From: Candidatus Woesearchaeota archaeon
Lineage (GTDB): Archaea; Nanobdellota; Nanobdellia; Woesearchaeales; JABGUJ01
Direction of reading: 5' to 3'
DNA: 64,000 nt
Assembly (NCBI GenBank): GCA_018646625.1
Contig: JABGUJ010000003.1
Location: 142,355-206,354, forward strand
Shown: positions 56,078 to 64,000 of the stretch, in pieces
Layout: every line of letters begins with the position of its first letter
Position numbering within the stretch: position 1 is the stretch's first letter
Notes under the pieces: generated by a model
The model's input: only the letters and a program-made list of their open reading frames with translations
Told to the model about the DNA's origin: nothing
The model's database searches: none
Program-made: the position numbers and the translations under genes

Positions 56078-59000
56078 CTACCTACCAACCGCAGCTCTTG
56101 TTTGAGGAGGCGGAGGAGGTGGAGACCCGCCACCTTTGGTTCTTTCCATCTCTTCAATCAACCTATCTATCTGCGAAACATTATCACCAAGATCTTCTCC
56201 AGTTGCTTCAGTAATAACTCTACGATATCTTGAATCTCCCGCACCAACCATGCCATCTAATTTAGGAATCTTACCTATCAAATCATAAAGCGCTAAGTGA
56301 ATCTCTTTCAACTTAGTTGCAGTAACCGCATGTTCAATATTTCCTTTAGCTTCATTTATTAGTCTCCTAACTGATTTCTTAACTCCACCTTTGTTAGATT
56401 TATTAGCCTTAATCAACTGATCAGCAAACACGAGTAATCTATCTTTATAATGGCGCAATCTATCTGCTTTAGCACTTGAATCACGGCCTCTTTTTTTAGA
56501 CCTGGCTTCCCTCTCGAAATCTCTCTCAGTATTTAAAGAATCTTCAGCAGCATTGATATGTTCAATCAGACCAGAAGCCCATTGATCTTCCTGAACCCGC
56601 CTGTTAAGCTCCTCACCTTGAGGAAAACTAGCTAAATGTTCGCGGAGTTTCTGTCGCTCTTTTCTGTAAGCTTCAGCTATCTGGAAAGCCTTTAATTGAT
56701 TTTCATGCCAAAGCTGTGCTTGACTTGCTTCCCATTCAGCAAGTTCATCATCTCTTTCAGGAGCAGCCATAGGTTTTCCGCTATTAGTACCGCTACCGAC
56801 GACAGTTTGTCCTTTGAAATAACCAGGTATTGCACCTATCAAGTCAAAGATCATCATCTTACATTCAACAAAATCTTTGTTTCTTTGAACATTGTCCACT
56901 TTAGCCTTCAACTCATTAAGATGTGAATGCACATCACTCGATGAACACTCACCCTTACCAGGTAATCTCCAACCAGTTGCTTTTCTTCTAACAGCAATAT
57001 CTAAATTCTTTTGTAACTGATCTATCTGAATTCTTAAAAGAGCAGCTTGTCGATTCAAATCCATCTTTCGGTGCGAAGATTTGTTATCAATTTTCTGTCT
57101 TCGATCATCCCTTTCGATATCTCTTACAGATTTAATTGATTCAGGATTTAGTTCAACATCTCGTATATAATCAACAAGATCATCAAGTTTTGCTTCAGCT
57201 TTTGCAAGTGCTTCGAACTCAGCAAAACCATCGTCATGACCTTTTTTATCATCATGCATATGTTTAACTTTCTCTTGTTCTTTTGCGATAGTATCAGCAA
57301 TCTCTCGAGTAATTCTTTGATATTCTTCCCATTCCCAGTTAATTTGATCCCAAACTTCTTTATTCTCTTGAGCAGTCTCGCCTTCTTTAGGTAACTTCAC
57401 CCTCTTAGCAGCACCAGCACCAACAGGAACCTGTCCCTTGAAATAACCAGGTATTAAACAGATTAAATCAAATATCAACAATTTACAGTAAACAAATTGA
57501 GAAGGTTTTGCAACTTTTGGAATAAGAACCTTTAGCTCAGCAAGTTTTTTGTCAATTGCCTTATTATCCATCTTAGCCTTATTTCTTCTAGCCAAGCCAT
57601 AATTCTTAGTCAATTGATCAAATTGAATTTTCAACTGTTCTCTCTGTTGAGAAAAGCGATTATGTCTTTTGCTCTTCTCAATATCATTAGATCTTTGACG
57701 CTTCAGATAAGCTTCTTCTCTCTCAGCCTTTTCAACAGATGCATCCCAGCCAGAAGGTACGTGTCGTTTATCCTCTTCAAATAAACCAGAAGATTCCATC
57801 TCAACCATATGATTGTAAAGTTTCTCTACTTCAAGCATTTTCGAGATTAACTCTCTCAATACTCTTCTAGGGCCTCTCATGTAACCATGTTGAAGTAATC
57901 CAGTATCTTTATCAAACTCCTCATGGAAAAACTTCTCACCTAATTTCCAAAGAGGAAGAGCATAAGCTGAAGTAAACCAATCTTCTTTTAATTTCTGAAC
58001 CCATTTACCATGAACAGGTTCAGAAACACCAGCCACCAAACCAACAATATCATAGTGAATAAAATAATTAGTAATATACGCAGGGTCCTTTCCAATTTTA
58101 CCAGCCATTCCTGATTTAGGATTTTTCAACTCACGAGCATATCTCTCAAAGATTAATTGTAAATGCTTAACAATCCAACCAGCCTCTAAATTAGATTTGA
58201 ACTCAATATTAATTTCTTTCAACAGCTTAGTAAATTTATCATATGCCTTATCAAATTCTTGCACTCTTTCTGGATAAAGTACATCGGCTGCTTGATCGAC
58301 TTCAATTTTAATTGCACGCAGTCTCGACCTCAATGCAGGTTGACCTTCCGAACCCCACATAAGAGCTTGATATCTTACTTGTACTAAAGACAAAGGATAT
58401 CTCTTAACATTATTGTAAAGTAATCCCCAATCATAACTCCAAGCACCACTTACATGATCCGCATGTTTAACAGGGCTTAACTGATAACATGCTTTAATCA
58501 AAGCCATAGCTACATTAATATCTTCTTCAGGTTTCTGCAACAATGCAAGTGCCTGTTCTAATGAATTTACTTCACCTAAATCAATCTTATCTAACTTATC
58601 TATTATGACTATGTGGAAATTTAATTTATCAGCACCTTGTTTACTTTGATCAGACAACTCAATACTATAATTTCCAGGTTCTAACTTAGCCAGTTCTTCA
58701 GGAGTAAAGAATGTATGTTCAAAACTATAAGGAGGTAACTGCCCTTCAAAAGACGAAACAAAATCTCCTGAACCAATATGAGCACTCAGCATACGTGTCT
58801 TCAAGGGCAAATTCTTTGGTGCTTTCAACTCCCACAACACTTTGCTATCAGGAGGGAAACTAGTCATTGCACCTTCAAGAGTTAAACCATCTTTACCCTT
58901 CAACAACAAAAAGGTGTGTTTTTCTCTAAGATCTTTATCTTCAGGTATTGCTTTACCATTTATGGTTAAGATTGTAAGATTATGTTCACCAGCAGTCAAC

Positions 59001-62000
59001 TTAGGCCTATCAGGTATTCTAGGTAACTCTTTTGGTTTAGTTGGACCCGGAGGTAGAATATTCTTAATAGGAGGTGCTTTATCCTGAATAAAACTAGATG
59101 AAAGACGATAAGTAAACGGAGGCATACGAGTTATTACATTTTCTTTAACAGCAATATTAACAACATGATCTGGATGTAACAAGAATCCTTTACCACCATA
59201 CTTTACAGATTTATCTTGAACTGCGATAGAATAATCTCCCGCTTCCAACTCAATAGTCACGTTAAATGGTTGATTATTATCAGAATCAAATGGCGCAAAT
59301 GATTTTAAAGTTGTAACATCACCAGACGCCTTATTAGTCGCAATTAAAGTTACATCAGCAATAGGTATCTGAACCGCAGCATTGTCTTTACCATGCTCAT
59401 AACTACTACTACCTACAACACCAATCAAGTGTCCAGTCTTCTTAGGAACAGGAGCTTCTGATTTTCTAACAAAGTGGAAATTTTTATAGAAAGATAAATC
59501 ATGATACTCTCCTTGCGAAGTGCCATCAGTTTCTTTCAAAGTAAAAGAAGTCGCACCCATAGCATGGAACAATCTCCGTTCATAATCAACTTTAACTCTC
59601 AGAGGATCAAAAGCTAAGATTTTAATTAAATAATTATATTCGGTACCATCAGGAGTCTTAGACCAAGTAGCATTAGGTTGCTGAGAAGCACCTTCTCTCC
59701 ACCTACCAACAGGCGGAACACCACCCACATGTTTCATTAACTTGACTTTAACACCATTATGAGCTAAAGGTTTAATATGACCTTCATCAGTAATAGACAC
59801 TTTACCCCACACAGTCACCATTCTCTGTCTTTCAAACTCAAAGTTAAGAGGATGCATACTTTGTGGTTTCAAATCAATATCTTTATGCTCTCCTTCTTGA
59901 GGCATAATTAGTAAATGTAAATTTTTCTGAGCATCTTCGTAGTATATCTTACCATCAATCTCAACTAACGAACTACTTTCATCAACATTCAACTTAATAG
60001 AATACTTACCAGGCCAAACCTCGTTGAAAACGTAGTTCATATAGTCTTTCCAACCATTCTCGTCAATCAAGTGTTCAGGTACAGGCATACTACCGTCAGT
60101 AGTTTCAGTTGTTCGTACAACCGTGTCTCCTCTGCAAAGATCAAGTTTCAATCCAGGAATTGGAGTTAACTTACCATCACCGCCTTTAATACCAACAGTA
60201 CCAAAAATATGACCTTTAATCGCTTCAAACTCAAAATCAATTGCAAGTTCTTTTGTCGCCTCTTTAAACATCACAGACGCCTTGTCAGGCGTTCCGTGAG
60301 TTAACCTAAACCTATCACTAACCCCAGTATCATATTCAATAACTACTTGCGCATGTTGATCTATTAGATTCCAATAATGTCCTCTTAAATTAAATTCATA
60401 ATTCTCATCACCAACCACCTCAAAATTCATCAGTGGTTCTGTTTCCGCAATAGTTCTATACTTACCACCTTCTTCAAGAACCTCTATACGTAATTTGATA
60501 GTTTTACCTTCCTCGCTACCAAGAGGACTTTGCACGCCTTCTTCATCTATATAGAATACTTTACCATACAATCTCAAAGCGTCAGTTGCATCTAAAGGTA
60601 CAACAACCGTTGCCATTCTAACTGCTTGGAATGCTTTCTTTCTAGCTTGAATATCATCAACTTTTAATTTATCAATCAAAGCCTGTCTTCTACCATCATA
60701 GTTTGCAGTAACACCAATCAGATTACCTGCTTCATCTCTAACATCTTTAAGACCTAATTTAACATTTCCTTCAATTAATCTTACACAATCTTCTCTTACT
60801 AATCTAATAAATGCAATTCTCTTACCTTTGTGCTCAACCACATTACCTGCATCATCAAGAACAGGATCACTCCCACCATTTCTACCATCACTACCATGAG
60901 GATCAGTATGCTTGCCAACTTTCCCGGGATCGTTTGCTCTAAAAGCCCAGATTTCAATATCAACATTAAGAGGCAAATCCTCTAACCTAAATACACCATC
61001 TTTTGTAACACTATCAGCAACAGCATTATTCTCAGCATAAGCTCGAACGTTAACTAGATCGTCTTTTACTAAATCAAAATTAGTAGTATCAAATACAACA
61101 CCTTCAACAATACCCAACAGCTCAGGAACTTCTTGAATAGTAAACGGAACATCTGCAACTTTAGCCATAATAAGACGACCATTATGTCGAGTAGTAATTG
61201 CAAATCTGGCCTTGTACGTTGTTCCAGGCTTAAGTGATCCACCAATTCTTGCAGGAATAAAAATTTTGCAAGGGTCGTTTTGATCAGCCTTCAAAGATAT
61301 TGGCTTACCATTTTTGTCTTTAACATAAACTCCACCTTCATCAAGCAAAAACCAATCTACCCTCTCAGCTAAAGGATAAATATTATCTTTAACATTCTGA
61401 AGAGTTCTTTCTTCTCCATTAATCGTTCCCTTCCACTTCCACTGATTTCTCGTTTGTTCATCAACATATTCGCCGTTCTTAACTGCATTACTCAACTCAG
61501 TGGGATCAGCAGGAGGTTTTATCTTCTGAGGTTTAAGAATATTAATTTTAAGAGGAAACCTAACATAAACATCAATATTATCGTGATCTAAATCAGTTCC
61601 AGAAATTTCAACTACTAACGGATCAGGAGCATTAGGATCATGTCTAGAAGAACCCTCACCACAACCATAAGATCCTTTAACTATAAATCTACCAGCAGGA
61701 ACTTTCTCGAGTTTATATTTACCTTCCTTATCGGCTTTATGACCATCAGATTTTTTGAAGCCTCTTATCTCATGACCGTCCTCATCCTCTAACCAAACAG
61801 TCGACTCAGGCAACGGACGCAACTCGCCTTCTTGATGTAATTCTTCATAAACAGTACCCGCAATAGATCCTTTTCCAACTACTTCATATTCAAAATTAGG
61901 ACCAAACACCGGACGATCTTCTCTAATCAATTCTTTAGTATCAAGTGTAACAACATAAGAATCAGGATCTCTACCCGAAACAGCATGAGGAACATTACCA

Positions 62001-64000
62001 ACCATTCTGCCAGCTTCGTCATACATTACAGTTTCTTTAAACTCATAAATTGTTCCCCCTCTATTAACATGGAACCTAGGAACTTGAATTTCATACTGAG
62101 TTTCATAGAAACCAAACAACTTATAATTTGCAAACACGTTAGGAATAACCCATGCTTTTGACTTTTCAAACACAGACTTCGTTTTCCAATGCAACTCATT
62201 GTTCTCATACAACTCTACCTGTACGTCACCGAGACAATCATATGCCATGAAATCTCGTTCAGTAGGATTAAGTTTAGTGAAAGTCGCACCAATAACCAAC
62301 GCCTTTGATGTAGAACCATACAAATCAATATACACAACAATCTTTCTAGATACAGAAGCAATGTCACGTTTAAAAATATCTAGAGTTTTATCAAGGATTT
62401 TAACATTTTGTTGATCAAACTCACCCAAAGACATATCTTCGCCAAGTCTATGAACTCCTTTGTTACTTGTATGAACAACCTTCACAGCCCCATCTTTGAA
62501 CGGCAAAGGAATTCCTTCCATTACAAAGTGACCATCCATAAATCTAGGATGCTCATAAGACTCATGGAAATGCACATCCTTACCATATGGACTAGCCACG
62601 TCTTTAGGCACAAAACCAGAAACTTCAACATTCACAGTACCTTCAAATCCTTCAAACGGATAAACCTCGGCACCATGTTCTTTGATCAACTTCTGAAGTG
62701 CTTCTCTAAACAAACCTTTATTTTTTAGATCTTTAACATAATTATGCAGTTTTTTTGAATCAACATTAGTAGGCTTTTGTGCATTGTAATCAGCCATCAA
62801 TTTTCGACCATCATAACCACAAACTGCAACCTCTACCTTACCACCAACAACAGGAACTTTAACTTGCTCCCTATCCTCCGCACCAGTTGGTTCAGCCTTG
62901 AGAACAATCTTATTAGGACCATCTAAAGTCCCATTAATATCCCCACCAGAACCATTTTTAGATGTGTGTCTTGCATCTTCCTCAGTTGCATTACCATCAT
63001 CATCTTCACCAAAATAATCTTTATGCTTAGCACAAACTGTTAATTTCTTAGGGTCATCACCAACTAAAGTAACCGGTAATTTTCTAATTTTCCAAGTTCT
63101 TTTATTATTAATGCCCGCACCACTATGAGATGCCTTACCAAGTCTTTTATCGTGACCATCCAACGTAACATACATCTCAGTAACCCTGTCACTCACATCC
63201 CAGGCTTTAACCGAATCATCAGAAGATTGTATTTCAATATCCACATCAACAGAACCAGCATAAACTGGAACAACCATACCCGTCACATCTAAAGTAATCC
63301 AAGGATACGGTATAAACCATAGTTTTTTACGACTCCCTTCAATCCAATCTTTGCCGCCATTACCGTCATTACCATTAAAAGGCTCTCTGTGATTACCTTC
63401 AAAAACATAAACATCTCTATCTTTAATCCTAGCAACAATTTCTAAAGGACGATCTTTAGGCAAATCTTCAACTAAAAAATCCCAAGTAGGAGGCGTATTA
63501 GGAGCTGCCGCTTGATAATTAGAAAGACTGCTTTCGCCATACTCTTGACCTTTCTTGTCTCTAGCAAAAACTTTAACATTATCAGTTTGCATATCTTCAT
63601 CATCAAAACCATAACCAACAATCTTACCTGCAGCTTTACCTTTGCCCTCAAGAACCTTAAGTCTCTCAGTAGAATAATACACAAACCGCGAACCAAGAAC
63701 TTCAGCATCTATGAAAACATCCAAAACACCTGCACGATTTAGAGGAATAGAACTAACTAAACTTTTCTTTCTAGAAAGTTGTTTAATGTACTCATCATAA
63801 TCAATTTCAAAAGTCGCATCTACAACGCTATCTTCTTTAGTAAAATTAAGGCTGCCTTTTAGATAATCAAATATTTTTATTTTGGGATCTTCGGGCCTGG
63901 TTTTGTCAGCAGGTACTTTGCTTTGCCCTCTAAACGAAGCAACCAAGGCCAACTTGAAATCTTTCTCTCTCTTTTTAGTAAACTTAGAATTGTTAGGTAA
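56078..64000 (-). CDS. Giant (>2640 aa) protein: multiple beta-sandwich (carboxypeptidase-regulatory/CnaB-like) modules plus three C-terminal helical repeats; 5' end lies beyond the window
   Basis: Frame is open to 64000; repeated G.[IV].G.V ... G.Y.[LI] modules; 3x L.I..DQL.K.N ... [FY]DLI..IP...G...G.G; ends GGGSPPPPPP. Confidence 0.85.
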   Translation of the reverse strand, partial: LPNNSKFTKKREKDFKLALVASFRGQSKVPADKTRPEDPKIKIFDYLKGSLNFTKEDSVVDATFEIDYDEYIKQLSRKKSLVSSIPLNRAGVLDVFIDAEVLGSRFVYYSTERLKVLEGKGKAAGKIVGYGFDDEDMQTDNVKVFARDKKGQEYGESSLSNYQAAAPNTPPTWDFLVEDLPKDRPLEIVARIKDRDVYVFEGNHREPFNGNDGNGGKDWIEGSRKKLWFIPYPWITLDVTGMVVPVYAGSVDVDIEIQSSDDSVKAWDVSDRVTEMYVTLDGHDKRLGKASHSGAGINNKRTWKIRKLPVTLVGDDPKKLTVCAKHKDYFGEDDDGNATEEDARHTSKNGSGGDINGTLDGPNKIVLKAEPTGAEDREQVKVPVVGGKVEVAVCGYDGRKLMADYNAQKPTNVDSKKLHNYVKDLKNKGLFREALQKLIKEHGAEVYPFEGFEGTVNVEVSGFVPKDVASPYGKDVHFHESYEHPRFMDGHFVMEGIPLPFKDGAVKVVHTSNKGVHRLGEDMSLGEFDQQNVKILDKTLDIFKRDIASVSRKIVVYIDLYGSTSKALVIGATFTKLNPTERDFMAYDCLGDVQVELYENNELHWKTKSVFEKSKAWVIPNVFANYKLFGFYETQYEIQVPRFHVNRGGTIYEFKETVMYDEAGRMVGNVPHAVSGRDPDSYVVTLDTKELIREDRPVFGPNFEYEVVGKGSIAGTVYEELHQEGELRPLPESTVWLEDEDGHEIRGFKKSDGHKADKEGKYKLEKVPAGRFIVKGSYGCGEGSSRHDPNAPDPLVVEISGTDLDHDNIDVYVRFPLKINILKPQKIKPPADPTELSNAVKNGEYVDEQTRNQWKWKGTINGEERTLQNVKDNIYPLAERVDWFLLDEGGVYVKDKNGKPISLKADQNDPCKIFIPARIGGSLKPGTTYKARFAITTRHNGRLIMAKVADVPFTIQEVPELLGIVEGVVFDTTNFDLVKDDLVNVRAYAENNAVADSVTKDGVFRLEDLPLNVDIEIWAFRANDPGKVGKHTDPHGSDGRNGGSDPVLDDAGNVVEHKGKRIAFIRLVREDCVRLIEGNVKLGLKDVRDEAGNLIGVTANYDGRRQALIDKLKVDDIQARKKAFQAVRMATVVVPLDATDALRLYGKVFYIDEEGVQSPLGSEEGKTIKLRIEVLEEGGKYRTIAETEPLMNFEVVGDENYEFNLRGHYWNLIDQHAQVVIEYDTGVSDRFRLTHGTPDKASVMFKEATKELAIDFEFEAIKGHIFGTVGIKGGDGKLTPIPGLKLDLCRGDTVVRTTETTDGSMPVPEHLIDENGWKDYMNYVFNEVWPGKYSIKLNVDESSSLVEIDGKIYYEDAQKNLHLLIMPQEGEHKDIDLKPQSMHPLNFEFERQRMVTVWGKVSITDEGHIKPLAHNGVKVKLMKHVGGVPPVGRWREGASQQPNATWSKTPDGTEYNYLIKILAFDPLRVKVDYERRLFHAMGATSFTLKETDGTSQGEYHDLSFYKNFHFVRKSEAPVPKKTGHLIGVVGSSSYEHGKDNAAVQIPIADVTLIATNKASGDVTTLKSFAPFDSDNNQPFNVTIELEAGDYSIAVQDKSVKYGGKGFLLHPDHVVNIAVKENVITRMPPFTYRLSSSFIQDKAPPIKNILPPGPTKPKELPRIPDRPKLTAGEHNLTILTINGKAIPEDKDLREKHTFLLLKGKDGLTLEGAMTSFPPDSKVLWELKAPKNLPLKTRMLSAHIGSGDFVSSFEGQLPPYSFEHTFFTPEELAKLEPGNYSIELSDQSKQGADKLNFHIVIIDKLDKIDLGEVNSLEQALALLQKPEEDINVAMALIKACYQLSPVKHADHVSGAWSYDWGLLYNNVKRYPLSLVQVRYQALMWGSEGQPALRSRLRAIKIEVDQAADVLYPERVQEFDKAYDKFTKLLKEINIEFKSNLEAGWIVKHLQLIFERYARELKNPKSGMAGKIGKDPAYITNYFIHYDIVGLVAGVSEPVHGKWVQKLKEDWFTSAYALPLWKLGEKFFHEEFDKDTGLLQHGYMRGPRRVLRELISKMLEVEKLYNHMVEMESSGLFEEDKRHVPSGWDASVEKAEREEAYLKRQRSNDIEKSKRHNRFSQQREQLKIQFDQLTKNYGLARRNKAKMDNKAIDKKLAELKVLIPKVAKPSQFVYCKLLIFDLICLIPGYFKGQVPVGAGAAKRVKLPKEGETAQENKEVWDQINWEWEEYQRITREIADTIAKEQEKVKHMHDDKKGHDDGFAEFEALAKAEAKLDDLVDYIRDVELNPESIKSVRDIERDDRRQKIDNKSSHRKMDLNRQAALLRIQIDQLQKNLDIAVRRKATGWRLPGKGECSSSDVHSHLNELKAKVDNVQRNKDFVECKMMIFDLIGAIPGYFKGQTVVGSGTNSGKPMAAPERDDELAEWEASQAQLWHENQLKAFQIAEAYRKERQKLREHLASFPQGEELNRRVQEDQWASGLIEHINAAEDSLNTERDFEREARSKKRGRDSSAKADRLRHYKDRLLVFADQLIKANKSNKGGVKKSVRRLINEAKGNIEHAVTATKLKEIHLALYDLIGKIPKLDGMVGAGDSRYRRVITEATGEDLGDNVSQIDRLIEEMERTKGGGSPPPPPPQTRAAVGR

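Noticed and set aside
91..63742. Many short ORFs in the track lying antisense to or nested in long genes (e.g. 1843-2172, 26476-26847, 50596-50970, 51210-51740)
   Set aside because: They are shadow frames of well-supported genes, with no motifs or initiation signals
1..64000. CRISPR array, rRNA, IS/transposase, integrase
   Set aside because: No regularly spaced repeats, long structured RNA or recombinase motifs seen; the 32-bp repeat has only two copies 1.25 kb apart

Overview
This is a low-GC archaeal window, most likely from DPANN (Woesearchaeota/Nanobdellota-like; inferred from gene content). Archaeal markers include two histones, GluRS, thermosome, aEF-1beta, L35Ae, Kae1, Cdc6/Orc1, LonB, Pth2, and TATA boxes about 25 nt upstream of many start codons. 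There is one intron-less tRNA-Trp(CCA). I saw no rRNA, CRISPR array or transposase. The main candidate for a new system is a co-oriented minus-strand run: tRNA-Trp, then a TrpRS/TyrRS-like (class Ic) paralog lacking HIGH/KMSKS and split by a +1 frameshift, then an Asp/Glu racemase, an RlmD-type methyltransferase and an EamA exporter, facing an asnC-asnA pair. Other notable items are a bacterial-type long RelA/SpoT homolog, a GAF-HD protein, a tandem doublet of the DUF1931/face-to-face histone, an AdoMetDC-like fusion, a membrane sensor-HAMP-wHTH regulator, a glycoside hydrolase gene bracketed by a perfect 32-bp direct repeat, a polyproline protein, and a cluster ending in a giant (>2640 aa) repeat protein that runs off the right edge. 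All product calls come from motif recognition by eye; no database searches were run.
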